Below the pieces are notes generated by a model. The model did no database searches, was not told the origin of the DNA, and saw only the letters and a program-made list of their open reading frames with translations. The translations under genes and the position numbers were made by a program. A stretch of DNA of 64,000 bases from the human T2T-CHM13v2.0 reference genome, Homo sapiens: the NCBI RefSeq assembly GCF_009914755.1, contig NC_060925.1; one strand, written 5' to 3'. The stretch's first letter is position 1; each line of letters starts with the position of its first letter. Below are positions 1 through 11,707 of the stretch, in pieces.

Positions 1-3000
1 ACAATGTAATAATAAAATGTTAAAAGTTGAAAAATATCCTTTTAAAGCATTTAGAAACCCTGAGATTCTTTTTATAACTCGCAATTAGGTTAAACTATCA
101 ATATCACTGTGCACATAATCTATTCTATTGCAGATTTATAAAAGCCAGACAGAGGACAATTATTAAGTATGATCTACTTGCTTTATAGTCCATTTGGATC
201 TTTATCAACTACAATCTACTTACTTTAGAGTCCATTTTGATCTAGATGATCAAACAGTTTATCTTCTACTCAGGCGAAAGCAGGGGTGAAATATCAGATT
301 ATGCTTACAAAGGAGAGAATAATACTGTTTTGACACTGTGGTGGAATTTGACCAAAAGTCATTGATAGGAAATTTCTTCTCTATCAAGTGGTGAGAATGT
401 TTACTTCATAGCTAGGTATTGGGAAAGGGAAAGGAGAAGCATCACCCTGATATAAGAAGAAGTGAAGTGACTTGGGGTCTTTTTATTGTTTCCCTGCACT
501 CAGTCCTCACCATCTCCTTTTTCACTAGTAAGCCATTTTGACTCATGAAAACAACAGCATTGAAGTACCAGAAGAAAAAACTACAGGTTTAGTTTTCCCC
601 ATTTTTCATTTATTTATTTTACCATAGGACATAAAAGGCATTTATTTCAATGCAGACCGTAATACCCCAGTGAATAATTTTCCATGCCAGGACGAAGTCA
701 TCAAAAGTTCTGAGATGCCTTAGAAAATAATGAGTTTTTCTTGCCTTTCTCTGCTCATCCCACTCCCCATTGTCTCCTTCCCCTGAAGAATTGTAGCATC
801 AAGAGCTAATAAACTTTACTGAACACTCTGTCTTCCCTTGTGAGGTGCCAGGCATTGATTTTGTTCAAAATGCCATAGGTGGTGGCTACTTGCTCCACAC
901 TCTATGCCAATCACTGGAATGACAGACAGCGTGGGAAGAAAGAGAACCAGAGAACTACAGTGCAGGGAGGGAAGGAGGAGGTGGGGGTCAGTTCTTTACC
1001 TGTAATAGTCTGCTCCATGACAAAAAGGCAGCCAGAACTGTGGTTTTCCAACTGACAGTGAAAAAGAAACATCCATACTGTAGAGAGAGTGCTATAACAT
1101 TCTATCCCTCCTTGTCTCAATTATTTTACTTTTGTTCCCCAAAGAAATGGTCAGTTGAAAATACCAAACTATGTTGGGCCAAAGGATCAGCTTAAATGTA
1201 GCTTCCATGCATGTGGGAATAAAGTAAGAAGGGGGCAGTCCAGCAGAAGCTGAAAGCGGGAAGTCGTATCAAGGAAAGACCACCTCAAAGTTTCACTGTG
1301 GCAACCCAATCCTGGAGAACAGGCAGAAAATGAATTCCAGCACAAATGTTAATGTAACAGGATAAGTGGGGGGAGGTTGCCCTTGGCAAGAGAACTAAGC
1401 ATGTTCATTTTTATAATATAAGAGAGAGAACGAGAAGGAGATTGTGTGCTAGCTCACCAGGTGCACTTTGCAAGCTTTCCCATTTCCCATTTCATTAGTT
1501 CCTCTAATATTATTGCAAGAGGCTTCAAAGCTATATATAAAGAGGCTTGCCATCCTGCTGGACTCATTTTGACTTCTGTTTGTATTTCATGGTTTGCCTA
1601 TTAAAAAATATTTTTGCCAGAGGAAAATAAGAAGCATTTCAGAAATGAGCGAGCTTCTATTTACAGAGGTCAGATGCAAAAGTAAATTTCCAGTAATGTT
1701 TTTTAGAACCTGTGTGTCATGGGTTTACACAACTTATGGTCAAGTGAAATGTTTGTAGCATCTATGTGATGCCTTAGTTTTTATATACTGTTGTTTTATA
1801 AATTAAATAAAAATGCCATGGCAGAATATTTAGAAGTAGGTCATGATTTCTTTTCATGTAAATGCAGTGGAACAAATTTTTAATTTTAATTCAGTTTTAA
1901 TTTTTTGTCTTTTTCCTAAAGAATGTGATTTGTCTCCAGTATTTTCTCACACCTGTACCTTCCCACCTCACCCCACTGACCTGCATCCCCTTCACTCTTA
2001 ACTACCCCATGTCAGGCAATTAAGTATTCTGCTTTCATTTCTTTAGCAAAGACATGATGCAGAACAAATGCAGAAAGAGAGACCTTCTGTGGCTTCTCAG
2101 CTTCAAAACAAAAATTTCAAACCCATGGCAAAAAGTATAGTTTGAAAGCCCCTAAAGTTTGGGTTTGAGGAATTTCTAAAGTATTTGCTCAAAGGAAACA
2201 GGTATGCAATGATCAGATTTAAAAAATCAGCCATGTTTTTGGCTCTTAGCATGAGAAGAACAAAGAAGGAAGCAGAGGTTTGATAAGGAGTTGGAAGTTG
2301 GGGTGGGTCCCTGAGAGGTAGCCTTGTGTCCTGCCCTTTCTTCTTCTCCAGCAGTCCCAGACTTGAGTAAGTGAAAATAGAGGTGGGACTCTGTTTCATT
2401 TTCAGGTAAAATCCCAAAAGACAACAAGTATCCTCCTTGTCCACAATGGCTCAGGAGGAGTAAGTATCTATGGTGGGTCTAGCCAGGGAGGACTTATGAT
2501 CGAGACAGCATGATTTAGTTTCCTTCAAAAGACTGTGGCCTAAGACAGTGGTGAATGTTGTCTACATGCCCCACATGAGCGCAGAATCAACTAAGATGGA
2601 CAAGTCAATGACCCAGCAGAGACCACTGTAGACTCATGACTGGAGGTAGATGAAGCCTGATTATATCAGCAACCCATGAAAACTGATGATATGTAGGGAT
2701 GCTGTGTATTTCAACAAGAATTCCACAGTTATCTATGAGATTTCAACATCAACTGGATGGCAAAAAAACATCCTCATGCTTTCTAAAGAAAAACTCAAGA
2801 AACTCAAGAAATCTCAAGCTTTCTAAAATTTTTAGAGCTCTAAAAAAGACGGCATATTTGATGAAACGTGTGCATCTCCCCTCCCCAACTCTCCCTCACT
2901 CCCACACCCAGGTTGGAATGAGGAGCAAATGAAAAGGTAAACACAACTGGAAATTTCCATCCATTCCATCTCGACCCTTATCTACCTTTTTTCACTTTCA

Positions 3001-4454
3001 AGACAAGTTAATTTTTGTGGCAAGCAATTGTACAATTGATATTTACATTTACATGTGAGTACCCCGTCCAGTACTTACTGCTAAAGAGGCTTCACTGCTT
3101 CTAAACAAAGACAGAAGGACCCATATCTAGGTTTCTAGGTTTAATAGAGGTAGGCCAGCAGAAGGCAATGAAAACATTTTTTTCTTAAAGAAGAAAATTG
3201 CCTAAGAGGACAGTTGATGGGTCAATTAGAAGCAGTTCTTTGAATTTGGGAGAATACATAGTCAGTCTTCTAGTGAAGGCAGCTGGTAGTTTATTTTTGT
3301 GCTAGACTTTAATTAAAAATTGAAGATTTTTTTTTTTAATTTCACAAAGCATTAAATTGGGTTAGGTCTTGTCAATCTATACAGCTGGGACCTGCACTAT
3401 CAGTCATTGAACACAAAGGAAAACTTGTTTAATATTAACCTCAGAAATGTATAATTTGGAATGTAAACCTACTGCCAAAGGAGGGAGAAAAAAACCTAGT
3501 GCATTCCAAGGAGAAATAGAAAGTTGTTTCTTGAAAAAAAAAAAAAAAACTTGTGTATCAGATTACCTGGGCCACTACTTCATTAGTAGTATGGAGAACA
3601 GGATGTAAACTTATAATAATGTTGTATATTATTTAAACTCTCTCTGAGTATAAAGTAAGTTATTATGTGAGTAATGAAATGTTATTTTCTAATTGCATCA
3701 TGACCCAGGAATACAGACATGGGATTAGATTGTAGGAGGAGAGTTTTATAATAAACTTAAGACAGTTTGTAAAACCCTGGAAGGTGTTTCAATAGAGGTC
3801 ATGAGAATTGCCAAGAAGGTAAATCCTTGAGATGGTAACAAAAATATTAAAATTAAAGTGATACTGAAAAAATGTTAAATAGAAAACTGTTTAGGATTAT
3901 TGGAAAATAATTATTACTGGAAGAAGAGAAATTGAACAAATAACACAAGGCTCTAAGGCTTCAGAACTTCCCCGATAGAAGATCTAGTCTCTGATGTTCT
4001 GGCCAGCCTTAATGGAAAGAAGCCAATGACATGGTGAACCTGTGAAGTCCTTCCTGTCTTCAGCATCTGATTATAACACCAAATATTCTGAAAATATGTG
4101 CGATGTTTGGCTATGTTTTCAGCAATGAAACTTGTTGACCTTTTCACTAAATAAATACCAAATAACTTTAAAATAATTGAGATGCTAATGTTTTTACTCA
4201 CTATCATAAGACCTTTCAAATCTTAACCTAAAACTTCCTTTCCTTTTACTGTAGAAAATTACGATAGAGCAAAATCTTTAAGAGCTGATATACAAAAGCA
4301 AGATGACTTGAGAGAGTGAAATGCTTGTCCAACAAAAATTTACTTTGTCTTTTTTTGGGGGGGTGGTGTGTAGTATATTCCTCCAGGTATGTGCTTAGGA
4401 ATAAGAAAGCTGATAAAGGTTGGACTTTACCACCAGACAGAGTGTCAAACCCTG

Positions 4455-4615
4455 AGTTTCTGACCCCTGTATCAGAATCATTTCGGTGCTTTTTAAAAGT
4501 TCATATTACTGGGCTTCAACCCAGACCTCCAATGAGAATCTCTAGGGGTTCAAGACTCAATAATCTACATTTTAAATAAGATCAACGGATGATTTTTTAT
4601 GCCCTAAATTTATGA
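4455..4615. mobile_element. MER5-like (hAT-Charlie) DNA transposon relic
   Basis: Motifs 'tgtatcagaatca...', 'cccagacc...gaatctctagggg' and 'aatctacattttaaataag' resemble the MER5A consensus; boundaries approximate. Confidence 0.6.
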
Positions 4616-5959
4616 GTGAAAAGTCTTATAAAAATTATGTTGGGAAACTTTTTGTTCAGGTTCAGCTTACATTTTAAATAAAACATGGAGATGTTCAAAT
4701 TCTCCTGAATGTTTCAAATCAAATTAAAAATACTGGAAAGAGGGTGGATCATAGGTATTGGCACAAATGCAGAGCTGTCTTCAAACTATGTTCATTGTGC
4801 GAGAATTTTATAATTTATCCCCTAATCTCTGTCATGGTTTTGCACACATCTAATTTAACAGCCTTTTCTCTCTTTTTTTGTCTTTTTTTTTTTTTTTTTA
4901 CTGACTCACCTTCATGGAGTCTTACCTGCATATTCTATCTAAATTTCAAAAATGTATAATCTTAATGTGTACTTATATTTCATCAATTTATATAATATTT
5001 AATTAAAGTACATAAATACTTTAAAAGACAACTGGCATAACAAAATTTGGGGCAAACACGTGGACTCTAGACAACTAAACTGGTGGTAGCAGAAATATGT
5101 GAGAAATTAGCCTTCTGGAGCTAGGCATTCAGTTTACCAGTGAGTGTAGTTGATAGAGGAAATTCTGATCATTTAGTAAAAGTGATCCTACTGTATCATT
5201 GTTCCCTTTTAATATATGAGTTTACCATGACACTGAGAGTAAGCAATTAGGACACATGTTCTCTCAGTGACAGAGACAGCGATCAAAACCAAGTCATCCT
5301 AAGAGCAAGCCTCTCTCCTTTTTCCTACACTTGGACCTCCTTAACATAATTTCCTCCCTAAGACTAGCTTTATTAGTAGTTGGAGGAAGACACTCATCTA
5401 TTTGTGATTGGAGGAATCTTGCAATCCTCCCATCCAAGAAGTGCTTCCTCCTGCAGCATGTTGCAAGGTCTGGAATATCTACTTTCATTCTGTTGTCTAG
5501 CTCTGTGACTGACAGTCCAAAATAAAATGCAAAATACATTAGCTGAGAGGATTCAAACATAAAATGCTTAGACAATTATCTAGGGTAATGCAGATTTCTA
5601 AATAAAACCAAACCAAAACAAACAAACAAAAAAACTTGCCAGCACATTTTGGCACATTTTGGTTACACCTGGCAGACTGGCAGCATAGAGGCAATGTGAG
5701 AGAGATAGAGCCCCAGGGAGAGAGGTAAGAAAGGGAGGTAAAGAAGCAAAATCACTTTTCCCACTTCATGCTGAAGGTAGGACCTGATTTTTTCCAACCT
5801 CAACAATACTGAATGTCTAAGAATCCAAAACTTCTGCCCTTTATTGACCACATAAAGAGTTTTTTGGCATTCTTTTGCAAAAAAACTACATTGACTGTAG
5901 AATAATCCTTTTGAACTGATTTAAAAGCTCCATCATCCTCTGACCCCATTCTCTCCAGC

Positions 5960-6300
5960 CTCATCTTTCTCAGAATTCTCACCATTTCAGACTACAACAG
6001 GTTCTTCCGGGACTTTGCATAGAGTTTCAAATGACTCCTCTCAGAAAACCCCTGTTTTCTTGTGGAATCTGGCCAAATTGTCACCTCAACTATTGAATCT
6101 ACCTGTATACTTCTGGACAGAATTTTTCACTCTCCTGTGATCTCAGTATCACCTTGTGTATACTTCTATTGCTGACTTATTGCACTTTATTTAGTTTATC
6201 TGTTACTCGTCTGTCTCCCTAACAGGGCTGGGATGTCTATCTCATCTTTGTATTTCCAAAGCTACTTAGAAGAGTTGCTTATAAGTGAGTGAATTAACAG
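5960..6300. mobile_element. L2 LINE 3' relic
   Basis: 'ttagtttatctgttactcgtctgtctcccta', 'catctttgtatttccaaagc' and 'gagtgaattaa' are typical of an L2 3' end. Confidence 0.5.
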
Positions 6301-7769
6301 ATGAAAGCTCTAGGCCATCAGCATTTAATCATGGGCCTTTAATGAAAATGGAGTTAGGGAGTATTGACCCATATCTTAGATCTATAGTGAATAGGGTGAT
6401 AACATCACAGCCTCACCTGTTGGTGGCTGACCATGACAGCCACTGAGACCGAAATAGCCTTTGTAGGTGGTCATTCTAGGATGCTATTTCCCTTTTTAGG
6501 TTTGCGGTCTTGAAGCAGTTACTTTTGTCCCATTTGCAAATATATTTCCTGCTGCAATTCAGCCTGCCACTGATGCATTTCAAGAAACTCAAGCTTTTAC
6601 CATAAGGTCCTGCATCTAAAATATTTGTGAGAATTTTTCTACCTATCATGTTTGGGCTGCAATGCTTTAAACCCTGCAGAGCATGGCTGTTCTGTTCTCT
6701 GCCTCCTGCATTGCTTGCATCTTATTTAAGGGCATCAACAATTCTTCGGCACTGCAAATCAAACAGTGTGCACTAGTAAATCAAAAACTATGCTGGACAA
6801 TGCAGCCCTTTTCTAGGTTCATGCCTGAGAACAATTGTAAGCTTTTCATCAGAATTTCAAATGCTGCCAAAGTATTTTTTAAGACAAGTTATTCAACACG
6901 CAACAAAACAAGTTTCTGCACTTTTTTCTAGACTATGTGGGATAATTTTCCATATAGCCAAGAAAGCATAAGGGAGACAGTCATTAAATCCACCCCTACT
7001 TATTAACCTTCTCTTTTATCAACAGGATTATAAACTCATAAGAGTTATCAGTATTTCTGATTAAATTTGTTGGGGCTGGAGCAAGGAGAGCCAAAATCAA
7101 ATAAAGCTAGGTTTAAATCTAAGACTTTCTTCAAGATTAGATTTTCATTTACTGGAATTTTCTAGCCAATGTCTAAAAGAATCAAATTCAAATTAATAAG
7201 CAAAAATCTTTCTGAGGCTGCCATGTAGGAGCCCACTGAGGTTACAGAGATAATGTTGTTTCTTTGCCTCTAAAATCTGTTTTATATTTTTCATGTGACA
7301 TTTTTCTAGTCATTGGAGAAATGATCACCACAACTGGGAGAGATTTTTGTACTCGCAGGAGAGTCAGCATGGCCTATAGGAAGGCAGAATAAGTTCATAT
7401 CCCTGCACTATATTGATTCAGGCACAGGAACAAGAAAAGACCCAATCTCTCTCCCAGCCATCCCAAGGAACTCATACCAATCAATGTCTTGAAAAAGCCA
7501 GGGCTCGTATGAAGTACTGGTATTTGTTTCCATCCCACAGGCCTAAAACCAAACAAATAGTTGCATTTCAAGGGGCCTACAAAGGAACTTGTTTTAACTT
7601 CCACCACAGAGCTGTTAATTTCTAGTTAATGAAAGTCAAAGGTTCTTTTGGAATTTTTTTTCTTTTGGGTGCCCAGAACTTAAACTTGGGATGTTGTATG
7701 GTATTATAACAGCTTTTACTCAAAATTTAGCACCAGACTGAATGACATCTAAATTATGAGCTTTTGCTT

Positions 7770-7935
7770 CATGCGAGGCACCCTTTAAACACTTTGTGTA
7801 TGCTAACTCACTTAAGCTTCAGAATGAACCCAGTGAAACCCAGTGAAACCCCATTCTACAGATGAAGTCAAATAGCTTAAGTAAATTGCCTGAAGTTACA
7901 CGGTGAATAAGTGGCAAAAATAGGCTTCAGGGCCT
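7770..7935. mobile_element. MIR SINE
   Basis: 'ccccattctacagatgaa...ttaagtaaattgcctgaagttacacggtgaataagtggca' MIR core; contains a 10-bp tandem duplication (cccagtgaaa x2). Confidence 0.6.
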
Positions 7936-9114
7936 GGGTTAATAATTATGCTAATAATTCAAATTGGTGTTATTTATAAGATTTATGACTTTCTAGCCCT
8001 CCAACAATAGAAAATGAGAACATTAACTATATCTCATCTATACAACTGAAAGCCACATAGACACATATTCATGTAGGAAAAGTTTTCTCACTAATATGGA
8101 AAAATAAAAGCAAGTTTTAGAGCCCTATAACAGCATGCAATTTTTACCAGAAAGATAAATAAAATTATGTAATATATTTAAATGAACATATAAATGTTTA
8201 GCTAATTTATAAATATATAAAATCTAGAAGAACATATACGAAAAAGTTAACAGTGGTTCTTTGTGAGTGGTAGGAGAACGGGTATTTTTTCCCTTTTTGT
8301 TTAAATTTATTTTCCCATTTTACTACAATAATCATATTGTAGTAAATCAGATTGTTTGATTTAAAAAGTTATATAAAGTAAAAATTAAAAGGGGGCCTCT
8401 AAAAATAAGTGGTTTTGTATATAAAAAAAGGAGTTCTTCTGTGATAAGGCAGCAAAAAACTTGGATTTTATATTGTGGAATGGCAAACTAGCAACGAAGA
8501 AGGAAAATACTCCATGTGCCCATGGGAAAACCTAGAGAAAGGCCCGGGGGTTGGGTGATATCCCCGGCTACAGCTGAATTTCACAGACTTACTGGGCCCT
8601 GGTATCACATCTAGGCATTCATTTTTCCTAGACATCATATCTCATAAGAGATGGAAACAATCATTCTAAATTTAACTGATGGGAAAACAGGAAGAAACTT
8701 AGACAAGCCCATTGTATAAAGGAACTGTAATCTATGAAAGGCACAAAAGCCCATTTTCTTATGAAATGCCCACAATGGAAGTTTTTCGAGGCACAAAAAG
8801 TATCCTTGTCACTGACCCTTTACAATACTCTGAAAACAGTTTTTAATTTTCTCAACTCTAAAATAATAGAACCATTGCTTTTTGACTTGGATACTTAAGT
8901 TGGGGGGCAGCAACTAAGAAACGTGGGAGAGATACGTTTGTAGCGTATGAAGGGGTTGTGATTGCTTTGCTGCAGTTATGGTGTGGTATTTGACTTTGTA
9001 TCTTAGGGTCAAAAGCAATTCTCGATTGAGTAAAGGGCAATGAGTAAAGGGGCTAGACTGAGTCTGACTTTGACCCAGATCCCTTTATACATCCCTTCTT
9101 TAGAGACGTATGTT

Positions 9115-9410
9115 ACCTTAGATTTCCAGGCATGACATCGTCCTGGCCACCCTTTCTTTTTCCTTGTTTCTCCTTTTTTGCCCCATCTCTCACATGTCAG
9201 CATGTCCCAAGACCCTCTCTTCGGCCCTCTAATTCTGTATCTCACCTTACAGAGAACTCACCTCCTCTTCTGCCTTCACACCCGCACAAGTAATTGTCAA
9301 AGTGATGAGATTAGTCCTGGGAAAATCAGGGAAGGCTTTATAGAGGAGGCAGGCTTTTTGAGAGGTGATGACTTTCAGTTGGGAAACCGTGTGCAGGGGG
9401 AAAAGGCTCT
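9115..9410 (+). repeat. Left arm of a long inverted repeat (~296 bp)
   Basis: Reverse complement of 9992-10287, checked base by base: 9115-9331 identical, mismatches at 9332, 9341, 9349, 9353, 9372, 9403, 9408. Confidence 0.97.
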
Positions 9411-9991
9411 CAGATAAGGGAAACCGTACTAACTAAAGCACAGAGAGGTAGAGAAGTTCTGGGTCTGTGAGGGAGACTGCTAGTTTGATACGAAACTTGT
9501 TCATTGATCCTTAGAAACACTAATAAACCGTGCTTTCATTTTTCTGTCACACCTGCATGTTTCTTTCTTGCTTCTGTGTCCCCAAGTACCTTCCTGGACA
9601 AACGAAGCTTCCTGGTCCATTTGTGCTTCATTTACACACTGGTTATTTTTCTCACTTCTGAGTGTCTGAGGCCATCAAGGGAAAAATCCCAGTCTTTCCC
9701 TGCCGACTATTCAGACAAGAGCTGAGTTCTTCTCCTTCTTAACCCTTATTAGCCATCAGAGTTTATTCTGATGCTCAGTGTTTAGAGTTATTTGCTCATG
9801 TAATGTGTCTTTTTTATGGTTTGGTCTTTTACTCACAATTTTAAATACCTGGAGCTAGCAGGACTCTAGTGAGACAGCATTTACGGCCTTACGTTATACT
9901 TACTTAGCTTATTTTAGTCCGTACTTGAACCGGCAGGACTCATACATATATCTCCTATTGTACTGTTTTGGAATGTAATAGTCAAAGACCA

Positions 9992-10287
9992 AGTGCCTGT
10001 TCCCCCTGCACACGGTTTCCCAACTGAAATTCATCACCTCTCAAAAAGACTGACTCCTCTTTAAAGCCTGCCCTGATTTTCCCAGGACTAATCTCATCAC
10101 TTTGACAATTACTTGTGCGGGTGTGAAGGCAGAAGAGGAGGTGAGTTCTCTGTAAGGTGAGATACAGAATTAGAGGGCCGAAGAGAGGGTCTTGGGACAT
10201 GCTGACATGTGAGAGATGGGGCAAAAAAGGAGAAACAAGGAAAAAGAAAGGGTGGCCAGGACGATGTCATGCCTGGAAATCTAAGGT
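9992..10287 (-). repeat. Right arm of a long inverted repeat (~296 bp)
   Basis: Pairs with 9115-9410 (position sum 19402); the twin ORFs 9178+ and 9982- in the track share MPHLSHVSMSQDPLF... Confidence 0.97.
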
Positions 10288-10608
10288 TGTTTGATATAGT
10301 GTTCTTTGCAATGACCAACTCAGTTTAATTTGCTTGGAACAATATTCTACACAGCATTACGCAGAAATGGATACTTCATAGATGCCTTTTCACAAATATG
10401 ATATTGATGATCCAATCTTCATAAAGAACCTTTAGTTTCATGAAAAAGAAATCTTCTAAATAGATTAAATGAATGCAAATATACTTTTATTTAGAACTCT
10501 TACTCTCAATCATTTAAGAAGTAGTTTTACGAAAAAGTGTCTCGAATGAAGACATTCACTGAAAAAGTTTTAAGTTTCGAATCAAAATTACTTTTAAAAG
10601 CTAATACA

Positions 10609-10903
10609 GGCTGGGCACAGCCACTCACGCCTGTAATCCCAGCACTTTGGGAGGCTAAGGCGGGCAAATCACGAGGTCAGGAGTTCGAGACCGGCCTGGC
10701 CAACATGGCGAAATCCTGTCTCTACTAAAATACAAAAATTAGCTGGATGTGGTGGGGCACTCCTGTAATCTCACCTACTTAGAAGGCTGAGGTAGTAGAG
10801 TCGTTTGAACCCAGGAGGCAGAGGTTGCAGTGAGCTAAGATACATGCCACTGCACTCCAGCCTGGGTGACAAAACAAGACTCCATCTAAAAAAAAAAAAA
10901 AAA
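10609..10903 (+). mobile_element. Alu, full length (AluS, Sg-like)
   Basis: ggctgggc...tgtaatcccagcactttgggagg...atcacgaggtcaggagttcgagacc, A-rich linker and poly(A) tail. Confidence 0.95.
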
Positions 10904-10914
10904 CCAACACCTAA

Positions 10915-11050
10915 TATATGTTGAGGTCTTCTTAAATGCCAGACGTTTAATAATACCCTTATGACATAAGTATTATTACTACCATTTAACAGATGACAAA
11001 ACTGGGGCTATAACATTACTGTAACAGGAACAAGGTCATAGAGCTGGTAA
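10915..11050. mobile_element. MIR SINE
   Basis: 'tattattactaccatttaacagatgacaaaactggggct...caaggtcatagagctggtaaatg'. Confidence 0.55.
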
Positions 11051-11365
11051 ATGTTCAACAATAGTTAAGTAAATTATGTTACATCAACACAGGGGAACTA
11101 TTTAAAATCATTAAAGTGACCATAATACTGACTAAAGAAACATTAAAAAGTTCTTTAAAGTCTAATGAAAATTTCAACTATGGCATTATGTATACCTAAT
11201 GGTTATTGACATTTGACATTTTGAAATTATAGACACAAATTGTGATAGTCTAGGAAGGAGAAAGAAAATAAAATGGTTATATTGTTAGGATGATGGGTTT
11301 AGTGTTGTTTCATTCTTTTAGTCCAAGTTACTATTAATGTAATTTTATGTGATTTTAAACAATAA

Positions 11366-11707
<342 letters not shown>

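Noticed and set aside
2785-2822. Short repeats (aagaaactc x3) and other small tandem units as a CRISPR-like array
   Set aside because: These are simple slippage duplications with no spacers; no repeat-spacer array was seen anywhere in this eukaryotic window.
9178-10224. Twin 79/80-aa ORFs (MPHLSHVSMSQDPLF...) on opposite strands as a duplicated gene pair
   Set aside because: They are a by-product of the palindrome: TTG start, no recognisable domain, and nearly all arm differences change amino acids, so there is no sign of coding constraint.
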